A program made the translations under genes and the position numbers. From NCBI RefSeq assembly GCF_000372725.1, contig NW_005201493.1, positions 76,830-140,829 of the forward strand: 64,000 bases of DNA. Direction: 5' to 3'. Of the stretch, positions 35,847 to 46,457 are shown in pieces. The stretch comes from Emiliania huxleyi CCMP1516. Lineage: Eukaryota. The notes under the pieces were generated by a model. It worked only from the letters and a program-made list of their open reading frames with translations, was not told the origin of the DNA and ran no database searches. The stretch's first letter is position 1, and each line of letters starts with the position of its first letter.

Positions 35847-36656
35847 ATGGCGGAGGCAGCGTCCGTTGGCTTCTCGCATCTTGTGGACGAAGCCACCAAC
35901 GTGACTGAGCTCCAAATCCTCGAGAAGCGCGACCCGCACTATGCAGTACGTATCAAGCGCATGGCCGAACTCAACGACGCACAGCAGGACATGGTGGCGT
36001 ACTGCCTGAACAAGTCGCACTTTTTCAAGACCATGGGAGACAAGTGGAAGGTGTGGGGTGACCTACTTTATGCTACGCAAGTGACCGGGTCGGCCATCGT
36101 GCCCGTGCTCATCGGCGTCCTTGGCTCCTTTGACTCAGCCTTCATCGATGCCTGCATCCGGGTCCTCGCCATTGTGCTGAGCCTGGCGGCGGCTATCTGC
36201 GCCGCACTCGAGGGCGTGTACTCCTATCGGCTGCGCGGCCAGGTTCGCCGCGGCTTTGGTGACAACCTCAACGATTTATTCCAATCCTTTGAGACCCTCT
36301 CTGGCCCGCTCTTTGACCCAACCTGCTCCGCAAGGCGGGAGTCCAAGCCGGCCCAACGGCCCGGCGAGGGCTCCTTTGTGATGCCTGACCTGAGCCACAT
36401 ACCGCGTGCCGTCCTGCGCGCACAACTTGACCACCTCGACCAGCTCGACACAGCAAAAAAGAAAGAGAAGTCGCCCGATGCGTCGCCACCTCGTCCGCAG
36501 ACGCACGTGGACGTGTACAGGCTCTTCGCGGCGGAGGTTGTCGCGCTGAACGCGCAGGCGCGTAAGGCCGCCTTCGTCGGGCAGGACGTGGGCGCCGGAC
36601 ACAGCGCTTCGGGCCAGATTGAACGGGAGGGCGAGGGGCAGACGGCGGTGACGTGA
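35847..36656 (+). CDS. SLATT/DUF4231-like two-TM protein
   Basis: Helix, TM1 (QVTGSAIVPVLIGV), TM2 (VLAIVLSLAAAICAALEGVYSY), then a basic helix. This is the SLATT architecture. Intronless. Confidence 0.55.
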   Translation: MAEAASVGFSHLVDEATNVTELQILEKRDPHYAVRIKRMAELNDAQQDMVAYCLNKSHFFKTMGDKWKVWGDLLYATQVTGSAIVPVLIGVLGSFDSAFIDACIRVLAIVLSLAAAICAALEGVYSYRLRGQVRRGFGDNLNDLFQSFETLSGPLFDPTCSARRESKPAQRPGEGSFVMPDLSHIPRAVLRAQLDHLDQLDTAKKKEKSPDASPPRPQTHVDVYRLFAAEVVALNAQARKAAFVGQDVGAGHSASGQIEREGEGQTAVT

Positions 36657-36775
36657 TGTAGCGTGTACTGCTACTGGCCCTCAGAATATGAGATAACTTA
36701 TCAAAGGAGGCGCCAAAACATCCTTCTCTGGTAAGAAAAAATCCAGAGCCCCCCCGCCCCCGCTCGCTAGGGTCG

Positions 36776-38131
36776 CTAGTCGCACTTTGGGGACTTCCGC
36801 AGGCCCGAGCTGGCCGCGTCGCCTTGCTCCTCCTCCGCCCCCAGCTCGCGCGCGAGGCGCCGCAGCTCGAAGCCCGCCGGCGTGCCCATGTCGCGAGGCA
36901 CGCACATGCGGCCGACGAGGTGCGAGGCGAGCGAGGCGGCGAGGCCGCCGCCTCCGGCCTTGCCCTCCTCGTCGCCGAGGAGGCACCCGACCACTGTCCG
37001 GAGGCCCTCGTCCACCTGGTCTGCCGTGTACGGAGCCTTGGACGCGCCGTGCCCCCCTGCGCCCATCTTTCGCGCGAGCGCGTCCGCCGCGATGGCCGCC
37101 CGGTTGCTCACGATGCGCGCCGCGGCCTCCTCGGCCGGCGACGGCGCCACGTGCGGCCGGTGGCCCGCGTACGCCTCCCACAAATCGACGGCGCCCGCGC
37201 CGGTGCTCTGGCGGTAGCCGGTGGTTTGCGGCGCGTTGCCGGCGTTGCCGTAGCCCTGCATCGTCAGCACACGGCCCCACGACTCGCCGTCGCCCTTCAC
37301 GCGGCAGGCGTACTCGGGGACCTCATCCATCGCAGCGTACCACTCCGCGAGCCGCGGCCATCGGCTGGCGTCGCGGGGCAGCAGCCCATCGTGCAAGCAC
37401 GGCAGCTGCGCCGCGTAACGCTCGAGGAACGGCGCCCACGAGACGTCGGCCGCCGAGAGCTCGCGGCCGACGAAGAAGGGCCCCTCGTCGTGCTGCGCCA
37501 AGAGCTTCTCGGTCGCATCGAGCGCCTTCTCAAAGTCCGATCGCGAGAGTGGGCCGCTATAGCTGAAGAGGTAAGCGGCACGGGAGGAGGGCCGCGCGTT
37601 GGACGGGAAGGATTGGCGGAAGGCGCTGATCATCTGTGCGACGCTCGACATCGAGGCGCCTTCTGGCGGGTACAGCGGGCGGCTGGCCGGGTATTCGGCG
37701 TCGAGCGCCTTGACGATGTCCATCGACTCGCCCTGCGTCCGACCGTCGGCCCACTGGATCTGCGGCGTCTGCCCGCGGTACCAGTCCGGCCGCCCGCCGC
37801 CCATGTTGTCGATGAGAACGGTCTTGTAGGCGAGGCCCTTCAGCTCCAGCGCGAGCCACACCTTCTCCGAATACGGACACCATCCATGCCGCTCGCGGAA
37901 CAGCGTCAGCCCAGATGGACTCGCGGGACACGGAGCCAGCACCGGGTCGAGCAGTGTCGGCTGTTCGGCGGCGAGGCTGGGCAGGCGAGACGCCAAACTG
38001 TCCCATGACGAGGCAGTACAGCTCATGTGGATCGGACGGTCGCAGCCAGCACATGTCGGACGCACTCGAAAAGGCGCCACGGCAGCTATGGCCGCGAGCC
38101 AGCAGCATGCTTGAAGCAGATAAACCGTCAT
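36776..38131 (-). CDS. Cys-type glutathione S-transferase-like protein (lambda/omega/DHAR-related), probably plastid-targeted
   Basis: WCPYSEKVWLALELKG, PQIQW.DG..QGESMDI and GPFFVG.ELSAADVSWAPFLER; N-terminal signal peptide. Confidence 0.85.
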   Translation of the reverse strand: MTVYLLQACCWLAAIAAVAPFRVRPTCAGCDRPIHMSCTASSWDSLASRLPSLAAEQPTLLDPVLAPCPASPSGLTLFRERHGWCPYSEKVWLALELKGLAYKTVLIDNMGGGRPDWYRGQTPQIQWADGRTQGESMDIVKALDAEYPASRPLYPPEGASMSSVAQMISAFRQSFPSNARPSSRAAYLFSYSGPLSRSDFEKALDATEKLLAQHDEGPFFVGRELSAADVSWAPFLERYAAQLPCLHDGLLPRDASRWPRLAEWYAAMDEVPEYACRVKGDGESWGRVLTMQGYGNAGNAPQTTGYRQSTGAGAVDLWEAYAGHRPHVAPSPAEEAAARIVSNRAAIAADALARKMGAGGHGASKAPYTADQVDEGLRTVVGCLLGDEEGKAGGGGLAASLASHLVGRMCVPRDMGTPAGFELRRLARELGAEEEQGDAASSGLRKSPKCD

Positions 38132-38337
38132 CGAGCGAGAGAGGGTTCGGCTCCTTGTGCCGCATGGGCAGGCTGTCCGGTTCTTCACGTAAACTTTCTA
38201 CCTACCTACCTACGTAAACGCACAACCCCGGGCCCGATATCGCACAGAGTCACGCAACACGGCGGTTCTTCACCATCGTATCTATTTATGTTGAAGTAAT
38301 GCGATTGTCAGGCGAAAGAAAGGCGAGCGCTGGCGAA

Positions 38338-38692
38338 GAGCTGAACAGTGTTGCTAGTGTTAACAGTAACAACAGAACAACAGTGGGGCTCCCCAACAAC
38401 AGTAGCTAACGGTAGGCCAGCCAGCTGAACAACAATAAGGAAGGCCTGGCAGTGACCCACGACGATCTCCAGCGTCCAGTGCGGGTAATACCCGAAAATA
38501 CCCGGAAAAATCCAGGTATTTTCGGGTTTTACCCGGGTTTTTTGGCATTTTCTGCTTGCTGACCACTGAACAACAGTAACAACAGTAACAAACAGTAACA
38601 GCTTGGGCTGGGGAGAACACTTGAACAACGTTGAGGATTTTCAGCCAACAATAGTGCAACTGTTAGGCCCAAAGTTAACGTTTGACAGCTCT
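38338..38692. repeat. AT-rich element with AACAG(TA)-type internal repeats, possibly a degenerate MITE
   Basis: Many AACAGTAAC/AACAACAG motifs; short inverted ends AGAGCTG...CAGCTCT. Confidence 0.45.
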
Positions 38693-40196
38693 AGCCTTGA
38701 GGGAGTCGCGGAGGAGGAGGGATAACGCAGGCAACGCAGGGACGGGCCAACAGCCAGTGGGACGAACGAGGGCCGCGACGGCGGCTCAAGCGGGAGGGAG
38801 CGGAGACGGTGGGCAGCGAGCGAAGTGGGTGAGACTGATGATGCCGCTCCTTCGACTTAGGGAGCGGTTCAGCTGCTGGGCGGGCTTCAGGCTGGTGCTC
38901 ACACGAAAAGGAATCGACGCGATGTGCAAAGCATACAAGAAGGGGAGAAGGAAGAGGAGAGACGCCGGTGGTGACGAAGCAGAAACTAGCGCAGAAGAGA
39001 GCAGGGCAGACCCGGGGACTGGGGAGCCGGAGCAGACGGCATCGGCCGCCGAGGAAACGTTGGGAAGAGGCACGAGGAGGGCGGCGACCTCGACCGACTA
39101 CCTCATGTATCGGAGTTATGGTCCTGATACGACCTGTGAACGTGAAGAGAGTGGTACCAGCACTGTCGATCGTTACGGCACGCAAGGGGGGCCTCCCGGA
39201 CGTATGATCCTAGCCCAATAAGTTCCACGGAGCAGATTTGGATTTTTGACAGAATTAATGCACTGCCCCCGCACGATACTAACTATCGTAGTTTTGGTCC
39301 CGGTGCCCTTCACGGCACCACACCGCCGCTTGAAGGCCCGAGATTAGCCTAGCAGTGAGTGGGCATCGCCTGCCGGTCGGCTGGGCACGAGCCAAGCACT
39401 TGGGTGGCCGTCGACCGAGTCCGAGCGGCGCCTGAGGTGGGTGCCACGGCGTCCGCACGAAGGCGTGGCGGGGTGAGGAGCCAGGGGTGGTGAACACCTC
39501 CCCGACGGGCGCGCGGCGCGCCGGATGGTCCGCCGAGGCCGCCGCCGCCCCGGCGGCGGCGATGGGGGCGGCGGGGCCGACCCGGCCGGCGTTTGTCGGC
39601 TCCACCTACAGAGAAGCAGCCTCTGTGGGTCGACGATACTAACTCGGTAGTAACGCGGAGCGGTGCTGTGCGGCGCCGAGTCGTGCGCGAGGCGACCTCC
39701 TGAGGCTACCTGAGCTGGCAATGGATGCCACCAGGACGCACGGCTAGCAGGAGCCAGTCAGGCATGCCCTGCTGTGGAGCAGAGCCAGCTGGCGCACCGG
39801 CGATACTAACTCAGCGCGCCGCGAGAGGCGAATCTGGGCGACTTTGGAGGCGCAGTTCTCGAGCTTGCCGTCGACGATTGATGTCGGGTAAATTGTCACT
39901 GCCGTCCGGGAAGGTCTTCTCTCAACAGGCCGAGCGCCGTGGCCTGGCTCGGCTCGCCGCGAACGCCGCGAATTTATCAGGACCAAAACTCACGAGACCT
40001 CGATACTAACAAAAACTACGATACATGAGGTATGGAGGACCCGTCGCCAAACGACGCAGGGCAGAAGACGGTGAGGCGGAGCAGACGCGCAGGGCGAGAC
40101 GAGGGAGGGAGCAGGACTTTGCGGAGATCAGCAGGAGGATGTACGAAGAGATTAGGAGCAGCAGGGACCCGAGGGACCATGTGGAAGACGGCTAGT
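38693..40196 (+). pseudogene. Purine-rich ORF remnant (possible retroelement 3' end) split by a MITE
   Basis: Removing 39101-40030 and one TA joins ...RAATSTDY|GGPVAKRRRAEDG... in frame to a stop at ~40196. Confidence 0.5.
39101..40030. mobile_element. Tc1/mariner-type non-autonomous element (TA TSD)
   Basis: TIR CCTCATGTATCG(G/T)AGTT; TA at 39099-100 and 40031-32; internal repeated CGATACTAAC motif (~39274, 39633, 39801, 40001). Confidence 0.85.
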
Positions 40197-40197
40197 G

Positions 40198-40821
40198 CTA
40201 GTCCCCCATCGGGAGGACGACCCCGGCTAGTCGCCGACCACACCCACAAAGAACCCTGCACAGAGATCGCAAGGGCGGGGACCTGTTCTTCCTTCTTACC
40301 CACCTCGTCACAGTAAGCCTTTCCTCTGTCGATCTTGCCCTCATGGCCGCGCATCCCCTCCCGCCCCCCCCCCCGGGCATTCCACTTTTCGAGAAAGCTT
40401 GTGGGGGGCGAGGATCCTGAGCCCATTCTTCGTAGGTTCTGGACGCCATGAAGTTATACACAGCGGGGTTGCCCTGCGCCCGCGGGAGGCTCCCGTGCCT
40501 GAGACCCTCCGGGACCCAGAACCCGATGAAGCTCAGGATTCTTTCGGAATAGAGCGACTCATTGTGCGCGAGGCGGATGCACTCTCCGGCGTCGATCCTG
40601 GCGGCGTAGTGACTCAGTTGGCGGCGCCCCCCAGAATCTGTGCCCTCGAAGCTGAGCTCGAAGGGCGGCGCGTCGGTGCCCTCGCTGCTGACCTCCACGG
40701 GCGGCGCGTCAGTGCCCTTGAAGCGTGAGTCAGGAAGTGGCGCGGCGACGTCGATGTCCTCGCCGATTGCGGGGGTCTCGTCGGGGACAAGGGCCCAGCT
40801 CAGCGCAAGGAGGGCCGCCAT
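40198..40821 (-). CDS. Hypothetical secreted protein or fragment
   Basis: MAALLALSWAL leader, a short internal EGTDAPP repeat and an RRQLSH motif. Weak support. Confidence 0.35.
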   Translation of the reverse strand: MAALLALSWALVPDETPAIGEDIDVAAPLPDSRFKGTDAPPVEVSSEGTDAPPFELSFEGTDSGGRRQLSHYAARIDAGECIRLAHNESLYSERILSFIGFWVPEGLRHGSLPRAQGNPAVYNFMASRTYEEWAQDPRPPQAFSKSGMPGGGGGRGCAAMRARSTEERLTVTRWVRRKNRSPPLRSLCRVLCGCGRRLAGVVLPMGD

Positions 40822-41099
40822 GCGGTGCAACGCCGGGTGAAATTGCACTTCGAAGTTTTAAATTTGGGTTCCTTCAATGGGGGAGAACGCGGGAATGAAA
40901 AGTGATTTCGGCAATGGCCCCGAGGTCTCTTGAGCACTTGAGCACTGGATAGGGCCGATTCCGCGTGGTACGGGACCCCTCGATCGTCTCGCCCTCCCTC
41001 ACTGGTGTGTTCATCGGGGGGGGTCATAACAAACACGGTACAGGATCGAGGTGCAGAAGCCGTCGCCAGTGTCGTCCCCTCTCTCCCCGACGGCGATGG

Positions 41100-42439
41100 C
41101 GGTGTGACCGATCGAGCTACAAGAGGAGCTTGGTCAGCAGGATCCGGGACAGGTCTGACGCTTCTCGGAACCTCCTAGGCGCGAGCGGCCTCTCCCACGT
41201 CTTTGACTACGAGGCGGCGGAGGGAGGCTCGCCCTTGCACGACGCGGTCGGCTTTGGCGCGACGGCGGCGGCCGCCGCTCTGCTCGCCGCGGGGGCGGAG
41301 GCCGGTGCGGCCGACGCCACCGGCATCACGCCTCTGCACCTCGCGGCAGGCCGGGGCATGCTCGGTGCGGCGCGTGCGTGCCTCGCGGCGGGCGCGGAGG
41401 TGGAGGCCGCCGACGCGTCTGGCGCGACGCCGTTGCACGTTGCGGCGTGGAAGGGAGAGGCGGCCGCGGTCTAGATGCTGCTCGGCGCACTTCTGGGACA
41501 CGTCCACGACACGTGCTTAGACATGTCCCAGGCGGCGGCCGTCCGGCTGCTGCTCGTCGCCGGCGCGGAGGCGGGCGCGGCCACGCTTCGCGGCATCACC
41601 CCGCTGCACCTCGCCGCCATGCACGGCCACCTCGAGGCGTGCCGAGCCGAGCGCCTGTCCGGGACACGTCCCCGACCTGTTGTGGATACGTCCCATAGGC
41701 GCCGCTCGCCGCGCTGACCGACCGCGGCGCCACCCCGCTGCATTTTGCGTCGATGCACGGCCGGCGGCGGGTCGCGCAGCTCCTCCTGTCCTCCGGCTCT
41801 TGGGTGGACGCCGGCGACCGAGGCGTTCTTTCGCTGACCCGCCGCGTCATCTCGGGTGATCTGTGGGGCGACGTCGAGCGACCTCGGGTGATTCATCACC
41901 AGGCGGAGCGTCGGCCCTCCACCATGCCGCCGCCGGGGGCCACGCCGGCGCGGCTCTGGCTTGCCTCGAGGCGGCCGCGGCATGCCGTCAGAACCTTCTC
42001 GGAACCTTCTCGGAACTCTCTCGGAACTTGCCTGCAGGCGGGCGCCGCCGTCGGCGCGACTGACGGCGCTGGCGCGACGCCGCTCCACCACGCCGCGCTG
42101 GCGGGCAGCGCAGACGTGGTGAGGGTACTGCTGGCGGCGGGCGCGTCCGCGAGCCAAGGTCCGGGCGGAGCCACCCCGCGGGAGATTGCTCTCGCGCGGG
42201 GCCACGCCGAGGTGGCGTCGATCCTCGAGCGGGCTGGTGGTGGCGGTTGGGGTGCCTCGTTGGCGGCGCGGGTTTTGCTGGCGATTGGGGCGGGCGTGGT
42301 CGCTTGCGCTTGCGTGGGATGGGCGTCGCTCAGATCAGCTCCACGCCGCTCGAGCCGGAAGGGCCCGCAAGACGCTGGCACTACGCGGGCGTCTAGGCCG
42401 CGGAAGATCGCTGTAGACCGTGCGCGCAAAGCAGAGTAA
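41100..42439 (+). CDS. Ankyrin-repeat protein with C-terminal TM segment, multi-exon (5' end uncertain)
   Basis: Repeated G.TPLH.AA..G exons; C-terminal VLLAIGAGVVACACVGWA. Confidence 0.8.
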
Positions 42440-42460
42440 TGCGTCGAGTGAAAACATAGG

Positions 42461-42557
42461 GCACTTGGAGTGCGATTGGTAACCTCACATCCAGGGCCGG
42501 GGAGCTAAGAAGCGCAGCCAGGGCCGGATGCTCGGGGACGGGCTCTACGAGCAAGAA
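42461..42557 (-). mobile_element. SINE-like repeat, copy 4
   Basis: The reverse complement aligns to 4793-4888, including the 5' extension TCTTGC.CG...CCCGA.CATCCGGCCC. Confidence 0.8.
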
Positions 42558-42608
42558 CGCGGTTTGTTATACGATTTGTGATAGTCCGCGTTTTCTTTTC
42601 CCGCCTCG

Positions 42609-43805
42609 ATGGTGCCCCAGACTTCTGCGCCGCCGCCGAGCGATGCCGCGCCGCCGCCCGGCTCCGAGACTTTGGACATGGGCGGCTGGCAGGTCGTCGT
42701 CGCCGATGGGCACGCGGTGCTGCCTGAAGGCATGACGCACCTGCCGGATGAGGCGTTCTTCGACCGTACCTCTCTCGTCTCGGTCGCCTTTCCGCGCAGC
42801 CTCACCTTCATCGGCAACCGGGCCTTTTACAACTGTTCCTCCCTCATCTCCATCGACCTCCCCGCCAGCCTCGCCTCCATCGGCGAGGGCGCCTTCTGCG
42901 GCTGCTCCGCCCTCTCCTCCGTCACCCTCCCTGTCGGCCTCACCTCCATCGGCACCCGCGCCTTCGAATACTGCTCCTCTCTCGTCTACATCGACCTACC
43001 CCCCGCCCTCACCTCCATCGGCAGCCGCGCCTTCGCCGGCTGCTCCTCCCTCGCCGCCATCAATCTGCCCGCCGGCCTCACCTCGATCGGCAGCCGCGCC
43101 TTCTCCAGCTGCTCCGCCCTCTCCTCCGTCACCTTCCCTGCCACCCTCGTCTCTGTCGGCAACAGCGCCTTCGAAGGCTGCTCCTCGCTCGTCTCCATCG
43201 ACCTCCCTGCCAGCCTCACCTCCATTGGCCACCGCGCCTTCGAGTGCTGCTGCACCCTCGCCAACGTCGCCCTCCCCGCCGGCCTCGTCTCGATCCGCAG
43301 TTACGCCTTCCACTGCTGCTCCTCCCTCTCCTCCGTCACCTTCCCTGCCGGCCTCACCTCCATCGGTATCGGCGCCTTCTGGGGCTGCTCCTCCCTCGGC
43401 TTCGTCACCCTCCCCGCCAGCCTCACCTCCATCGGCAGCGGCGCCTTCGACCGCTGCTCCGCCCTGTCCCGCGTCACTTTCCCCGCTGGCCTCACCTCCA
43501 TCGGCATGAACGCCTTCGCCGGCTGCCCCTCCCTGACCCGCGTCACCGTGCCAGACACTGCCACCATCTCCACCGCCTTCCCTCCCGCCACCACTGTCCT
43601 CCGCCTCCCTCCCAAGAGGATGCGCGACCTGCAGCGCTGGTACGAGGCGGTGGACGGGGCTCTGGCCTACAAGCGCTGCCGCCCCCTCCTCTACGGCTGG
43701 CTAGAGCGGGCCCAGACCGGGCTCGGCTCTTACGGCCCGGACGGCGCGGCGCGCCAGCGCGACCTCGAGGAGTTCGAGGGCGATTTTGGGCTGCTTGTAG
43801 AGTGA
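42609..43805 (+). CDS. BspA-type (LRR_5) leucine-rich repeat protein
   Basis: About 12 tandem 23-aa repeats (LP.SLTSIG.RAF.GCSSL.S(I/V).). Intronless. Confidence 0.93.
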   Translation: MVPQTSAPPPSDAAPPPGSETLDMGGWQVVVADGHAVLPEGMTHLPDEAFFDRTSLVSVAFPRSLTFIGNRAFYNCSSLISIDLPASLASIGEGAFCGCSALSSVTLPVGLTSIGTRAFEYCSSLVYIDLPPALTSIGSRAFAGCSSLAAINLPAGLTSIGSRAFSSCSALSSVTFPATLVSVGNSAFEGCSSLVSIDLPASLTSIGHRAFECCCTLANVALPAGLVSIRSYAFHCCSSLSSVTFPAGLTSIGIGAFWGCSSLGFVTLPASLTSIGSGAFDRCSALSRVTFPAGLTSIGMNAFAGCPSLTRVTVPDTATISTAFPPATTVLRLPPKRMRDLQRWYEAVDGALAYKRCRPLLYGWLERAQTGLGSYGPDGAARQRDLEEFEGDFGLLVE

Positions 43806-44022
43806 CAGGCGTGATTGAAATGTGACAGGCGTGATTGAAATCGCTGTGACTTATAGCTGAGTGGTGCGATAGTGCACGCTCCGAGGCGCGAGGGGTGGCT
43901 GGGACCGACCGGGTTTCTTTACTAGAGTTGTGCAGATCTCCGGGGTACCCGCGCGGCCCTGATTTTTTCTCTCCCCCTCGACTAAACTCACTGTACCGGA
44001 GAGGGTGCCCTCTGCTAACCAA

Positions 44023-46007
44023 ATGTTGCGGGCTGGCGTGCTGGTACGTCTCGTGCTCCTGTTGTTTTGCTGCGCCGCCGTCGACTCACTGCGAGTGGCT
44101 GCGGCTGCGGCGCCAAGGCGGTCCGTGGCCAGAGCGTCAGATCAGGCGATGGCGACGGCGGTAGCGAAGGCGGCAGCAGCAACAGCCGAGAGGTGCACTC
44201 TCCACCGTCCCTGTATTTTCGCTGAGCTACCTGTTCCGGTTGCCTCTGTCACCGCTCTCACACCAACGTCCATCCCATATCTCCCAGCTCCCACTCTCGG
44301 TACTGCACGTACTGCACCGCAGGTCCGTCGCCGTCCCAGTCTTCCCCGAGGTGTGTGAGTACACTGGCATCACGCTGACGCGGTACATGTGCGAGATCGC
44401 ACGCGCCAACCCGGGCCTGAATGACCTGGAGACGCTCATCTCGTCGATCCAGACGGCGTGCACAGCCGCCGGCTCACTCCCGCTCCCTGGCATGCACATG
44501 CACATGCGACCTGCTGGCGGGCCCCACAGGCGTGCAAGACCATCAACTCCCTCGTCACACGGGCGCACATCACGGGCATCGTGGGGTACGCCGACGGCGG
44601 CGGGTCGATCAACGTGCAGGGAGAGGAGCAGAAGACGCTCGACGTGCTCACCAACGACGTGCTCAAGAGGGCGCTCCGCTTCACGGGCAAGATGGGCGTG
44701 ATCGCGTCTGAGGAGGAGGAGGCGCCCGTCGACGTACTCGAGGACGAGGGCGTTGGCCAGTACTCGGACGAGGCAGGTGACGCGATCATCGACGAGGCGG
44801 GCAGGTACACGGCTGTCTTTGATCCGCTCGACGGCTCTTCCAACGTGGACGCCGGCATTCCGACGGGCACCATCTTCGGCATCTTCGACATGAGCGCCGC
44901 CGAGTGCGTGCTGCCGGAGGTGCAGGAGGGGTGCGATGACCTGTACAGCCCGGCGGTGGAGGACGACTGCGAGGGAGTCCCGTCTCTGAAGGGCACGTCG
45001 GCGTATGAACTAGGCCTCTTTACACCCGCCTGTTTGTGCCCAGGAGCCGTCTCTGAGGAGTGCATGGCAGCGACACTGCAGCCGGGCTCGTCGCTCGTCG
45101 CGTCGGGCTACTGCCTCTACTCCTCCTCCACCTTCTTCGCCCTCACGCTCGGCGCCGGCGTGCAGATCTTCACGCTTGACCCGCACATCGGCGAGTTTGT
45201 GCTCACGCACCCGAACGTGGCGGTGCCGCAGCGAGGCGCGATCTACTCGCTCAACGAGGCGAACCGCAAGGCGTGGGACGCGCCGCTGCGGACGTACATC
45301 GAGGACCTGCAGGACGGCAACGGAGAGAGCGGCGAGCGCTACACCGCGAGGTACATTGGGTCGATGGTTGGCGACGTGCACCGGACGCTGCTCTACGGAG
45401 GCATCTTTGGCTACCCCGCAGACTCAAAGAATGCAAACGGCAAGCTTCGCCTGCTGTACGAGGCGGCGCCGATGGCATTCCTGGTCGAGCAGGCGGGGGG
45501 CCTCGCCCTGACCGGGAAGACACCTCCTAGACAGTCTTTAGACACTTCCTGGAACCTTCCTGCAGGCGGGAGGCCTCGCCTTGACCGGCAAGACGCGCAT
45601 CATGGACCTGGTCCCGCAGAGCGTGCACCAGCGGGTGCCTGTGCTGCTCGGCTCTCCGGACGACGTGCGCGAGATGAGGAAGTACTACGACGCTTTCACG
45701 GGCTCCAAGGAGATGGAGGGGGAGGAGGCGCGCCGGATCCGCGAGCGCTGCTTCACGCGGCTGACGCCGGGCCAGCTGCTCGACACCACAATGGACAAGG
45801 TGTGAGAGGGATAGCCTGGCCCCAGCCCCACCCACTAGCGCGTGGAGGAGTGTACCTCTCCCCCTCCCACCTCACCCCACCCCACCATTCCCTTTCAAGG
45901 TGCCCGACTCGGTGGCCATTGACTCGACGGGCGACGGCACCGTCGACTCGGTGGTGCCGATCGACGAGGCCCCTCCCGGCTCGCTGCCGGACGACGTGGA
46001 GGTGTGA
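44023..46007 (+). CDS. FBP: Plastid fructose-1,6-bisphosphatase class I, multi-exon
   Basis: Signal peptide; NVQGEEQKTLDV, ASEEEE, FDPLDGSSNVDA, YSLNE, ARYIGSMVGDVHRTLLYGGIFGYP and GKLRLLYEAAPMAFLVEQAGG; Cys-containing insertion typical of plastid isoforms. Confidence 0.95.
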
Positions 46008-46457
46008 GACCAACTCCCTGTCGGGCCGCCCCGTGGGGGGGCCGCGCGGGTCCCAACGAGCGAGCCGGATTGTGCACACTGATCACTGTGTACGCGCGCG
46101 TGCATCGTGGAGAGTGGCCGCGCCTGTTTGAATCTACAACAAGTATGTAGTACACAGCAGTCTGCTCAAGCGTCCGGAATAGACAACACGTCGCGCACAT
46201 CCGCGTGCCGCAGACACATGGCGGGGGCTCCGGACGGACATACTTGGGTATACGCACGCACGCTCGACAATCCTCAACCCACGTCACGCCCCGCGACAGT
46301 ACGTGCTCGTCTACAGACGTTCATGCGACCCATCCCCACGCCCGGTGGGAGTACGATAATGGACTCCTCGGCGCGCCCGCTTCCTCCATTTCGAGCTGCC
46401 AGCCGAGGTCATACTAGCGCTTCTCCCCCACCCCCTCCTCAAGAGCACACACGTCGA

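Noticed and set aside
39270..40015. CRISPR-like array of CGATACTAAC
   Set aside because: The repeat is too short, spacing is irregular, there are no cas genes, and it lies inside a TIR element in a eukaryotic genome.
43802..43841. 20-bp tandem duplication at the BspA-LRR stop codon
   Set aside because: A simple local slippage duplication with no further structure.
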